DNA of 64,000 nucleotides, taken from contig CDPCPM010000022.1 of assembly GCA_976551045.1 (NCBI GenBank), forward strand, positions 1,798,001-1,862,000. Reading direction: 5' to 3'. This DNA comes from Glaucostegus cemiculus (lineage: Eukaryota). Positions 1-11,900 of the stretch are shown piece after piece (position 1 is the stretch's first letter; every line of letters starts with the position of its first letter). The notes beneath the pieces were generated by a model. The model was given only the letters and a program-made list of their open reading frames with translations, was not told where the DNA came from and searched no databases. Made by a program: the position numbers and the translations under genes.

Positions 1-1929
1 GCAAGTGGGTTGGAGTGCACAGCTGCACTTACCATGCTCGTGTTCAAAATAAAGGCCTTGACAGTGGTAATTTCTTCATCTGCTATTTGTCTATTTGGCA
101 GTATGGGGGGGGGGGGGAACAAAGGTTTGCATTTTTACAGGTTTAGCATTGTAATGTCTAAAATTAGGTTAGTGTGCTCTCAAGAATTGAAAATGTGGCC
201 TTTGAAAGACTTTCCAAATGAATCTTAGTCAGAGATTGTAAGAAATATACGGCCACAAAGCCAGTGCACCTCAGTTAACTGCAGTGTTAATAGAAATGTT
301 TGTTTAATAGGAACATTTGCTCAGCTGCGGATTAATTCCTCATGACTTCTAATGGAAAGACTGCTGGCTTGTAGGAACGGTATAGATCGGAATTGCTGCT
401 TTATAGGGAACACGTTTGGCCCAGCTTTGCAGCTGATCCATTATTGAATTATCTGATGTAAGTATTAGTCATATCACTGTATGAATTTAAATGTTATGTT
501 TTTGTATTTACTTAAGTGTGGTACATGTATATTTCATTAAAAATTGGACTCCAAAGTATGGGTAAACCCAATATTATTGCCTACAGTATAATCTTTCTTG
601 CAGGCAGGTGTACTTAGAGTTTCTTGGTCAGTATTCATGTGGTGAATCTTATTTGCTAATAATTGATGCAGCCTGGGTGAAATGATTGTATGTGGGCATA
701 ATTCTTGAACCCGACCAATCAGATGAAAAAGTGAAATTTGTATGAATGATTTATCATCTTGGGCAGCAATTAATGGAGTATCAGTATAGTTATCACCTGG
801 AGATGTTTTGGTTTTTTGCCTCTGAAAATAATTCTTTTCCACAAACTCCTCTTTGCTGCCCATAGTGTAATTTGTTTGTTTCACCCATTCAACTCATTTT
901 TATGTTCCTCCTGAGATCTGTCGCGCTCAATGTTATCCTATTGTAGCCTCCCCTTCTAATTAAGGATCATTCCAAGTCACTAGAACAGATTTTAAACATT
1001 TGTCTGCATGGCTGCAAACCAGCCGCATTCGGTAGAAAAGTCCCTGTTTTACTTCAAGAAGTCAACAAGTTAGTTGTTACCTTTTGTAGCTTGGCCAGTG
1101 GTGGTAACAAATTAAAAAAAATTGTTGTCAGTGTTGGAGATGGAATGAAAAAATGATGGACGTACAGAGCAGTTTAGGCAGCATCTGGAGAGAGGGAACC
1201 AGTTTCACCAGGCTGCTTACTGCACAGGATTTGCAGTAACATTTGAACTCCACCCAACTTGAGACCTTTTTAATTGTAAATTTGGATCTTGTTCTGGGAG
1301 AAGATGTTTCGGTGTGCTTCCTGCAAAATTTGGGGAACAGCATTTTGATTTGAGGATTGTCGCTTTGTCAATGTATACCTGGAGCGTAATCCCTTTTATA
1401 AATTGGGATGATTGTAGGTGGTGCCTGGAGTGATGATCTTAAGCCAGTGTTATTTAATTTAATGTCCCCATTGTTTTTCTTGTTATTTCTAGTTGTTTTG
1501 AAACTTCTGGCCTGTGATCACTTCTGGTTGCTGAACTTTTTTTTTAAATGCTTGGGGAAATCCTCTTAGAATTAGTGAATGGAAAAACACATTTTCCAGT
1601 GTGCTTCAGCTGAAAATAGGTGATTTATTGTTAATTTCTTGTTGCCGTTCAAATTGCTTAAGAACCTAAAATATGGAAGCAATCTCTTGAGGTATTTGGC
1701 CATTTGATCACACTACTTTTAAAGTCATGAGTTGAGATGATTGAGGAAATCTGTTGCAAGTATAGAGAAACTGTAAAAGTACATCTTGACATATTTTGGC
1801 ATGTTGTATTATTGGAGAGATTTGGAAAACCTGTGGAAAACTTTCTTGATTTCACACTTTTTAGTTCTTTTATCCCCTTGTACATTTTGAGTTTAAGTTC
1901 TAGATTAGAGAATGACGCATTATACTGTA

Positions 1930-2400
1930 GAAGGAAACGTGAGATTTTGCAGATGCTGGAATCTGGAGCAACACACAAAATGCTAGAGGAACTCAGCAGG
2001 TCAGGCAGCATTTGTGGAGGGAAATAAACATGCGACATTTTGGGTCGAGACCCTTCATCAGGACTGGCAAGGAAGAGGGCAGAAGCCGGAATAAGGTGGT
2101 CAGGGGAGGGGGAAGAGTATGTGCAGGTAGGTGATAGGTGAGTTCAGGTGATAAGAGAGTCCAGGTGATAGGGGAAGGTAGGAGGGTTGGGGAGAAGTTA
2201 AAAAGCTGAGAGGTGATGGGTGGAAGAGGCAAAGGGCTGAAGAAGAAGGAATCTGGTAGCAAGGGGCAGTGGAAAATGGAATGAAGGGAAGGAGGTGGGG
2301 AATAGGCAGGTCATGAGGGCAGGGGAAGGGGGTGTCTACCCTCATTTGTGTGGTCCCTTTCTCTTTCCCCTTCCCCTGCTCTCATGATCTGCCTATCCCT
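1930..2400 (-). mobile_element. Penelope-like element terminal fragment with a short inverted end
   Basis: The minus strand reads ctgatgaagggtctcgaccc...atgctgcctgacctgctgagttcctctagcattttgtgtgttgctccagattccagcatctgca, a terminus I recognise from shark and ray repeats. Inverted arms at 2299-2331 and 2367-2399. Confidence 0.7.
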
Positions 2401-2409
2401 TCAGGAGTG

Positions 2410-2660
2410 TAGCTCTGTTGAAGAGACATTAAATTGAGGCCCTGAAATAAATCTGTAACTGTCCTGCATAATTTGAAGGTAATTGGGGAGTTGTGGCTAA
2501 CCTTAACCAACATAACTGAAAACAATCCTGTTAATCATTCATTCATTTATGGGACCTTGTACTGTAAATTGGCTGGGATCTTTGGGCAAAATATCAAAGG
2601 CATTGCAGAAAAGCAGACTATTTCTTATGCATGAAGCTTTTGCTGCGTATAAAATTCAAT
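2410..2660 (+). mobile_element. old Deu-domain-like (SacSINE/AmnSINE-type) SINE remnant
   Basis: Degenerate gaagagacattaaattgaggccc...gggaccttgtactgtaaattggctg. Related antisense relics lie near 5700-5960, 55860-56160 and 61860-62040. The family call is tentative. Confidence 0.4.
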
Positions 2661-4349
2661 TTCCTCCACCGAGAACATATCCATTTGTGTACCTTAATGA
2701 TTTGTATCAGAAGGGCTAATAGCTTTTTTCTAGACTAGAGGAGGCTGTTTTGATGTCTCATTTGCTAAAGTCCTTTAGGATGGTGTAAAATCAAAAGCAA
2801 ACTTAATAATTACTACTGATCTCAGTTCAATTGGATATTCATACTGATGTTTTTGTTGAAGTTTGCTCTCTGGGCTTGGGAAGATGATGGAGTTAAATCT
2901 AACCTGGGCATTGTTTCAGCCATTTCCCAAGTAATGTGCAGGTAAAAGTGAAGCATCTTGAGAATTTATTCCAGCTCCTGTGCTGTAGTAGTCATTTTAA
3001 AATCTGGAACAAAATCTGTATATAAGTGTCTACACTGAATAAAATTGAGTCATTGGTATGACATATCACTTAAAGCCTTCCTGCCAAAGTCAGAGGAAGA
3101 TCAGTCAGGCACTTTGTTGATCTCAAGATGTTGTGACTGAAGTTTGGTCAGCAGCAATATTGAATGAAACCAATTAAAGGAATATAAGAGAGTTTTTTAA
3201 GTCATGAATCACTTTGAACACTTGCCAACTGTACCATTTAAATTCCATGTTTATTTTTTATATTAAGTGATGCCATTATGGGGTGGAACTTAATGTTGGC
3301 AGTTTCAAATTGTGCAGAAGGTCAAAGTGTGCAAGATTGTCAGATTGCTGTTTTTAATTTAATCTATTAATCTCAACAAGTTAGTCTCCTTTTGCAGTAG
3401 ATTTGAGAGAGATTCTTACTGCAGTATGTTCCAGGCTATAGTTTCTGTCAACTTGGGCAAGAAGGGGGGAAAAGACTAAACTTGTAGTTTGAAATACGTT
3501 TTGATACAGCAATCCAAATTCCAGAAACCAATGCCCAGACCTTCTAGGTGAACTAATCACCCCTTGTTACCTTGCCTAAGTGGCTATTTCGGTGGTACTT
3601 TGAAACAGGCTGAACCCTAAAACTATAAGATGTAGGTATGTTTAGTAAAATTTGGTTGTGGCTAGTGCAGAAATGGTTCTTTCTTCAATTTCTTTAAAGA
3701 TTTAAACATAAACCAGTACCAATATTTGAAGGAGGGTAAACATTTATTTTTACTTGGTATTCTTGCTTAAATACAAAACTAGCTGTCCACTTTGCTGAAT
3801 AATGTAAGCTATACTAAAAATCCCATTTAAAAAAAATTCATGCATAGAAGGTGTGTGTCACACAAGGGCACATTTATGGACTATCTGATTGCCCCTGAGA
3901 AGTTTGTGACCCACTGCAATATACACAGCAGAGGTTTTTTCCCATTGTGCTTAATTGCTTTTGATTAAAACAAGTTGCTTGCCAAGCCGTTATTTTGGAA
4001 TATGGTTGAAAGCAAATCTAGAGTTGCATTTAGCTCTGTTTGGATTGATCAAAAACATCTGGAGTTCAATGATGGCCATTGGTTCTAGTTGTTAAAATCA
4101 TGTGAATTCAATTTCTCCAGCTACTGTGGAATTTGAATTCCTCTTCTGAATATTCCCATATGACTACCGCAATAATTCCCAAGCCTCTGAAACACAATTG
4201 TCCTTGTTTGAATTTTGAGACAGAATCAAACCAGGTGATATTAAAATGTATTATTGATCCCTTTTGGATCCGTGTTAGTTCCAACTGAGTAATCTCATCA
4301 TTCCCATTCCCCTTACCTTTTCCCTTAGCCCTGAACTTGTTCTCTTTCC

Positions 4350-4520
4350 CCCATGCTATTTGGTGCTTTTGCCAATGGACTACATATCAGATAATTTACA
4401 GGAGCCAATTAACCTACCAGCAAATCTTTGATGTGGAAGGGAACTGGTGCATCTGGCAAAAGCCCATGCAATCACTGCTGAGAATGTATACATCCAAAAT
4501 GGATACCACATAAGGTCAAG
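4350..4520 (-). mobile_element. degraded V-SINE fragment
   Basis: aatttacaggagccaattaacctaccagc...tgtggaagggaactggtgcatctggcaaaagcccatgca is the reverse complement of the V-domain core. Confidence 0.55.
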
Positions 4521-6215
4521 ATTGTTATAGATAACACTCTTGGTCCTGGACTCAACAGTCATACTTTTTTTAAGAAAAGACACCTGCTTGCTGCTGCACT
4601 GGGAACCTAGCACTCCTGCAGCAATGAAATTGTGATCTCTTCACAGATTTTATTGTGGACTGAACCATTGAGGCAATATGCTGCCATTGAGGGCTGATGC
4701 CGGATGGGTTAGGTTGTGGGGTGCATTTGTGGGGTTTGGGTGCAACCTGGATGGCGCAATTATCATGGGCCGTGGCTGGAGATTAACTGTGGCTGCTTCA
4801 TGTTGACAGGAATCTGGTCTTGTGTCGCCTCTAGTTAGATGTGATGTCTCCCCATGCTGGAGTTTCTCTGTGGTAGCAAGCTCGTTGTTGCTGACCATTG
4901 AGTTCCTTCCATTGAGAAAAGTCTCCGATCTTGGGAGAGCCATGCAGCTAAGAAAAGTGATTGTTTGACAACAGCTTTCATCACTTATGACAAAGTGGTG
5001 AGGAAGACCTTGAGATCCAGATGGTCTGTTAATCCATGGAGAAGCTGCTACTTGCCCTTGGTAAAGTGCCAGGCAGGATACAGCCCTGATTTTTTTTTTC
5101 TCTCAACCCCAAGTATTTACTAATACTTTAATCCTGTGGGCCAGTGGTTATAATAGCTGCAAACCTGATCAAAATTGGGTCACTCCTTTGCTGATACTGG
5201 TTTATTGATGTTTTAAGTAATGTTTTATGTAACATTTAAAGTAATGAGAGCACTTAAGAAATTACCAAACCAATTTTTTAAGGGAATTTTGTGAAGCTGT
5301 TTACAGTAACAAAATATGCTATGAGTTTAAGGGTGCAAATAGTAATGGAAAATACTGCCCATGCGAATAGTAACCCCACTTGGGGGGGGGGGGTGGTGTG
5401 GGGAAATGAGTTTCTGGTTTGCATTATGCAACTGTTAGCATTTGCCGAATGGAGGCTACATCAGGGAAAAATAAATTTATGCTCAGTATTGAATTAGACA
5501 ACTGGACCCTGTTAATTAAATGGAATCTGGCATAGACCTGGATAGAATAAAGGACAGCACTGGCTCAGTGAATGCATTTGCTGTGCTTGGAAGCAATTAT
5601 GTGCAGGTGGAAGGATTGTTAGAACATTAGTTAGCCTTGTGCACACCTAAAATTTCATTTTGTTTTTGAATTCATCAATTAAGATGTTTCACTTATGCAG
5701 AGCCTAGCACAAATGAAGTGCTTGTGAAGTGCATTTACTATTGTAAGAAACCACAAACAATCAGGATTTTTGATAGTTGAGGAATAAATATTGTCTATAT
5801 GCTCGCATCATAGCGAGAGGTGTGTTGGGTCCTCAGTTTACCCCTTTATAAAGATTGTACCTTCACTCTACCAAAGAGCTGCCCCAGATTGAGCTCCAGT
5901 CTGACTGGTACTTGGAACCACAACTTGTGACTCCTAAGATGGAAGTGCTACATTTAAGTCATGTATGTAATGTACTTAGATTGTTGATGTCCTTGTGTAA
6001 TAATACAGGGAATTCGGGCACTATTGCAGCTAAAGGGTGTATAATTGAAAGATTGTTACTTCTCTATAAAAGAACAAATACTTGAAAGGGATGTTAGCCT
6101 TTTCAGTATTGGCAATTTTAGTATTCACAATCTATATGTTGATAATTCATTGCTATATATGGTGTATTTGATGTATTTATCTTGAAATGTAAGATTTTTT
6201 CCTTTGGCTTGACAG

Positions 6216-6269
6216 AATTGACAGAAGACCAGCATCAAGTACAGTACAGCCTCTGGACCTTTCAGCACA
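6216..6269 (+). other. eif4g1: candidate 5'-leader exon of eif4g1
   Basis: Pyrimidine tract plus ttgacag acceptor at 6215 (alternative at 6224) and donor ca|gtatgt at 6270; 54 nt. No transcript evidence available. Confidence 0.5.
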
Positions 6270-8842
6270 GTATGTACAGTTTTATGCTTTTATGAGGTAT
6301 TCTGAATAGTTTTGTATCTTCACCTTTTTGATTCTTGCAGATTAAATTTGTTATGTAAAGCAAAATATTTGGATCTAGTTATAAACATGGCAATATATCA
6401 GTGGAGTTGTTATAATCTGATCCTTTTATTCTTGATCTTGGTAACAATATTGCTTTAGGTATCCAGTCAGGAGGTGGTGGCTTCTTTCTTGGAGAGGAAA
6501 GCTGAGTCATCCAGAAAACCAGTTGTGTTGGTTTTACTGGAGGTCTGACAAGCCATCCATGGCACATGTGAATGTTTTAGTTAACAGTTGGAAGAAATAA
6601 TGCAACAATATATGCATCTTAGAGGCAAAAGCAAGATGTTAGAAATAAAGTTTTAATGATAAGCTAGTAATCCTTTATAGAATCTTTTGATTTTCCCCAG
6701 AATTGCATTAGTCTTTCCAAATTTACAGTTGAGATACTTTTTAGGAATTATTGTATTTAATTCTACCATAGTTGGCCCTTTTTATTTTAGGGATGAATGA
6801 ATTCCATAATTGGGTGAAAGCTAATTGTCAAAAAAACTGCAGTTCTGGTGTAACAAAAACAACTGCTCAATGTATAACTTGTCCTCGTTGGAAAGCAGTG
6901 CCCTGTTACAGGAGCACAAGAAGATGGCAGGCCACTAGGCTTCTCAACTCTGCCTCACAATTCAATATGATCAAGGCTGGATCTGCCCTCAACTTCTCTT
7001 CTGCCAGTTCACCATAGCCCTCCAATGTCATTTGTCATGTGCAGTAAAACTGAATCTTGTATGCAAAGGAGTGCTGATGCATTGTCTTTAAGCATTATCC
7101 TTTTGAAGACAGTAAACATTAAATTTAGAGTGTCCATTATTTTCAACAAGAAAATGTATTTGCTTAATGTAAAAATCCATATTCTGTTTTATGTGGCAGT
7201 ATTATTTTTGATACATTTTAAGTAGTCTTGATTATAGACCACTGTAGGGTTAGTTAAATTTAATAATGATAAATCTTGATTGTCCTAGTTTGACTTTGTG
7301 TGGAAGAAGAATCACTAAGAGTTTATGATAGAGAAAGGACCCGGAGCTAGGAGAGAAAAGATTTATAGAAATACTAAAGCTGAGGTTGCCATGGAGGTTT
7401 ATATGTTTGTACACCACTTGTATTGCAGAAAGTCAAATAATCTTCCACAGATATAGGTTGTCCTCCATGGTGGCATTTTTCACAAATGAGCTTTTATAGT
7501 GTTTTCAGGTTATTCCAGGACATCACAATTGAGATCTATTCTTTCCTAGCTTTTAAGGTCCACGTGCATCTTCTAGGGATTTGGAGAGGAATAGTAAGAG
7601 TAAGTTGACTATATGATAACTGGTTGAAACACTGAGTTTGTCCTTGGCATGTATTTTCTAGCAGTGGTCACTGGACAGTAATCGAGAACAGGAGTTTTAG
7701 CTGATTTCTTTTTTTTTTTCTCTCAACTTCCCTAGTCCAGGAGTCCTGAGGCCATTTGTAGCATTTCATCTGCCACCTCAGTTGACGTCAGCTAACTTGA
7801 GTACAGATCAGGGATGGGAACTTTTGGTCTGTGTGGGTAAGTTCCACACTGAACAGTATATTCGCTTCCATTTTGAATGGATTAAGGTTAAGGTTCTGGG
7901 TATTGATATGAAGTGCTTTCAGTTCCTGTAGTGTTCCATTTTGAATAGTGATGATTTTGGGGGGGGGGGGGGGGGCGCTGTGGGTGGTGGAGAAAGGTTA
8001 AATTGTGACTTTTAGCCTCTGAATCAGATTTGGGTTGAATGAAGACATTTGTGTGCTTAGTTGTCATGTAGCAGTATATGCTGGTTATTAGTTTTCTCTT
8101 AATTGGTTCCCACCCCACCCCTGACCTGCCCCCCCCTGCCAGTTTCCCTTTTTTCCACCACTTCCCCACGTGACTCTTTTAATATAATTCTAAGTTAAAT
8201 TTCTTTTTTTTATTTATATATATATATATCCCCTGAGTTAATGCGGAATGGTTGTCACTTTTTGAATAACTTGGATGAAAATGCAGTTAATTGGTTTAAT
8301 AGATAGTATCTACATCAAGCAAAACTGGGTTTAAAAGTATGAATAGCAAGCAATGAGTAAGATTCAAACCCTTCTGAGGTTGAACCTCTTTGTTTTTTTA
8401 AGATTGTCATCAAATGAATGTGCTCTATTAGCCTGAAAAATGCCTTTTATTCTCTCTAGTATAGCTTTGCCTATTAAGTTATTAACTTCATTAATAGGAA
8501 GTTTAAAATAGGGTCACTTGTGGGGAATTCTTTAGAGCAAGATCACTATTGCATATTGATTTCCTGACTGTCTTTGAGTTTTTGATGTCTTCAAATTGAG
8601 TTATACAAGTCAAAATTAAAGTTCCATAAAAATGAACTTGAAACTCAACCTTGAATACGGTTTAAGGTTTGTATTTTCAATGCTGGTTTTATCAGCAAGA
8701 TTTTGAACCTTTGTAATTTGAACCAGTTGTTAGAATTAATCAAATTCTTCTGTTTTAAACTGTAACACCAACTAAATGTTAATCTATATTACTGTTCTGA
8801 CTTGTCATTGACTGTAGATTTCACAACAAGTAGGGGGTCCAC

Positions 8843-8863
8843 ATGCTGTGCCACATGAAATGA
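8843..8863 (+). promoter_or_regulatory. short uORF (MLCHMK*) whose stop overlaps the main ATG
   Basis: ATG CTG TGC CAC ATG AAA TGA. The TGA at 8861-8863 overlaps the ATG at 8860-8862, and the uORF lies downstream of both candidate acceptors. Confidence 0.65.
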
Positions 8864-8931
8864 ACAAAGGACCCCAACCTATTGGAGGACCTCCATCTGC
8901 CCCACATCCCCCCCCTTCTGGAATAACCCAG
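8860..8931 (+). CDS. eif4g1: coding exon 1 ([24 protein letters not shown])
   Basis: ATG at 8860 and donor CAG|gtaatt. The exon probably starts at 8818 (actgtag|), or alternatively 8834. Confidence 0.9.
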
Positions 8932-11900
8932 GTAATTTAACACTATTGATTGGGTTTTACTTTCCAAATGTATGATTTTTTTTAAGCTATCAATCACTAA
9001 AGAAAAATTTCATTGTTTTTTAGACTGCCTATCCCTCTGGCCAGACAACTGCTACAGTAGTTTTTGCACCACAGCAATCTCCACAAATGAACACTCAACC
9101 ACAACCACGGCAGGTAAGGAATTTCTGAATGGAAAGTTAGAATTATTTATGAGCAATTGTACAACCTTTTGAAGTTGATCGCTCTTTTGTATTAATTACC
9201 ATATTTCTGTAGTTGACAGTGTTTAACCATCTTACTGTACAAGTATATGGTGCCATTAACAACATAGTAGCAAGCTGGTGCCATTGTTAGGGCTGGAGCT
9301 CTGAATCCTGTCTTTCTAAATTTGGTTGTCCAATAAAGAACTTGCCAAGGGCCTTGTGTATTATTGGGAGATGTGTAGCATTTGAAACATTGCATTAGAT
9401 TGCTTGTCATCTTGCCAGTTTGTTTTTTTTTTAAGTTTCTTGTCGATTAAAAGAGCAATATGACTGTCTTATAGTTTGACGTTACAAGCCTCTCTTCCTC
9501 AATGGCAAAACTGCACCATTTCCTTGAAGCACCTGGTACTATAACTGGATGTTACGAATATTCAAGGCAGCCACCCAAGCGCTTTTGAAGTTGAAATTTA
9601 CTACCAATTTTCTCTTTTCCTACCTATTTTGAAGGTGTTGACCAATAATGTTTGGATTCAAGCGCTTCACCCAAATGACCTAGAATCTCAAATTTGCAGA
9701 ATAACAGGTTACTGAGGTGTCTTATAATTGTTTAAGTTGATGTTCTTGTATAGATATAAAAATTCTGATATGCGTACATTGTTTCATGTTTCTTGATCCT
9801 TCTCTCATCACTTTGTTTCTGAGGAGCTACTGGTAAGCACCTCGGTATGAACAATGCTTGAGCTGTTCATTTTGTCTGCCTTCATAGGCTTCAGTACTTT
9901 TTTGACAGTAAACCAATTTTAAGGCTTGTGCTCTTAAAATTGCATGGAAAGGTGGATCAAATAATAAATGTACTGCTGCATGGCAACTCTCAAGAGCCCT
10001 GCCTCCCAGTGACTTTTTTCATCTGCCTGGTTGGACTGTCTGCAGATTTTAAAAGCAGCAGTTGATGCTTTGACTGAACCATTGGAGGGAGGATTCAACA
10101 GCACTAGACCAGCTAAGTGAAGTAATATAAGTGAAGAATGGCACCACCTTTCCAAAATTATCCTAGTTGTTGCTTACTTAGAAGACTTAAACTACTGCAT
10201 TACTGATTTAGACGAGTGGTGATTAATGTTTGGAGAATGCTATTTAAATAAGAACTGTAAAAGTATATTCCTATTGGCTGACACTTCTGTACAGCCTAGG
10301 ACAGAAGCAGCAACTTTTGGATAGATTTAACTGCTAGAAATAAAGGCATGAATGAAATTTTATTCCTTAATTATGTGGATTGTCATTCCTTCTGAATATT
10401 TGCAAACCTACTGCTTTTAAAAATTTTCTTTGGTATTACTAAATTCTACCTAATCTGACATGTATCAATCTTTATTTCACTTTTTGTAAAGTGCTGAAGT
10501 TTTCTAAAATGAATGTTACAGACTTGATACTGTCTTAAAATTCTACTGTTAAATATGCTATGATATTAATGTTGCTGGCCTCAACTGGTCAGTTAAAAAT
10601 GCTGCCTGATTGCAGTTACGGAAATAATCTACATCGTAGAGCCTGCTTAAATTTTGTAGGTGTGTTTATTCATGAGTAGCAGTAAAAGTTTCCCTTTTCA
10701 GTGGTGGTTGGGAATTCCTGGCAATAAATACAGCAGTGGGAGCTAGGGCTTAAGCTGGCAGAAGGAGGTGGTGGTATTAGAGTTAGGAAGGTAACTGAAA
10801 ATACCAATGGTGATGTGGCTCTTAGCAAGCGCATATCTCTGTGTGTTCTTATTCAAAGAAGCTGAAACTGGCTTGTCTTTGGGAATTTGTTTAAGTTTTT
10901 AACCCTGGTATCATTAATTATTTTATCAAGTCATTGTAAGAGCACATTAATACAAACTATTATATTTTGAAGTATGTTGAGAAGTATTTTTTCTGCACAG
11001 TACTGCATGGCAAGCTCATTTAAGAATTGAAAGTGTATAAAATAATTCTGTAAAAGAGTAAATAAAATGTATGCTTTAAGCATAGTAAGTATTGCCCGCT
11101 GATTATAGTGTGACAGTGAATATGACATTTCCTCGAGTGATTTTTGAGGATTATTTGGTGCTATTTTTGAACAGAAGCAAATGCTTAAGAGACCACTGAG
11201 AGTTCCTGAAAAGTCTTGCTTGTATTTTCATAGTAATATATCTTAAATTACAAAAAATGAAATATGAAATAGCACTAAACAAATGTAGACATGCAAATGT
11301 TCTAGAAGGTTTGAACATTCTGAGTTATACTTGTAGTTCTGAATCTTGGTATACTTTTGGTGCACAGATCTGATGCTAGGTAATAGTCACAAAAATATTT
11401 TCTAATGTTCAGCAACCATGGAAAAACGTTTGCTGATAAAGTCCAATATTGTGCATTATGGTATGTTGCAGCAAAATTATACTGTAAGCTTCCTGTTTTG
11501 ATGAATTGGAGCATGCTATAAGATTGTAATACCTTGGACTGTGCTCATGAATTCTAAAAGCAGTTTTCAGCATTTACAGTGAAATTTGTGATATAACTCC
11601 GTAGAAATAAAGACAGGCTATGTGATCCCAGAACTGCTACAGAATTTAATTCAATAATGACTATCCCATAACTAACTCCAGTTTCTTGTCTGATTCCCAC
11701 TTTCTTCAGTTTTTTGAATGCAAACTGAATTATCAGCCTAAATTTTGAATGTACAGCAACTGGGCACTTGTACTCCTGCATGGTAGATAATTCTGATGAT
11801 TCCACAAGAGTGAGGGAACTCGTCCTCATCTCAAATCTAAACAGTATCCTTGGCTTGTTCTAATCTTTCCATTTAGGAAAAGTAAGAGTAAAAATTTGAT

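Noticed and set aside
1-6. Window begins with GCAAGT, identical to the GC donors seen later
   Set aside because: No upstream exon is visible, so a fourth GC donor cannot be supported.
10-8169. Short ORFs of 60-126 aa in the 5' region and similar ORFs throughout the track
   Set aside because: They show no recognisable domains and no consistent splice signals. They are chance intronic ORFs, antisense shadows of exons, or translations of repeats.
7958-8170. G17 run and nearby C-rich tract as a G-quadruplex, hairpin or internal promoter
   Set aside because: Similar G/C homopolymers occur throughout the window (about 104, 5382, 22373, 42200, 58686), including inside LINE debris, so nothing specific supports function here.
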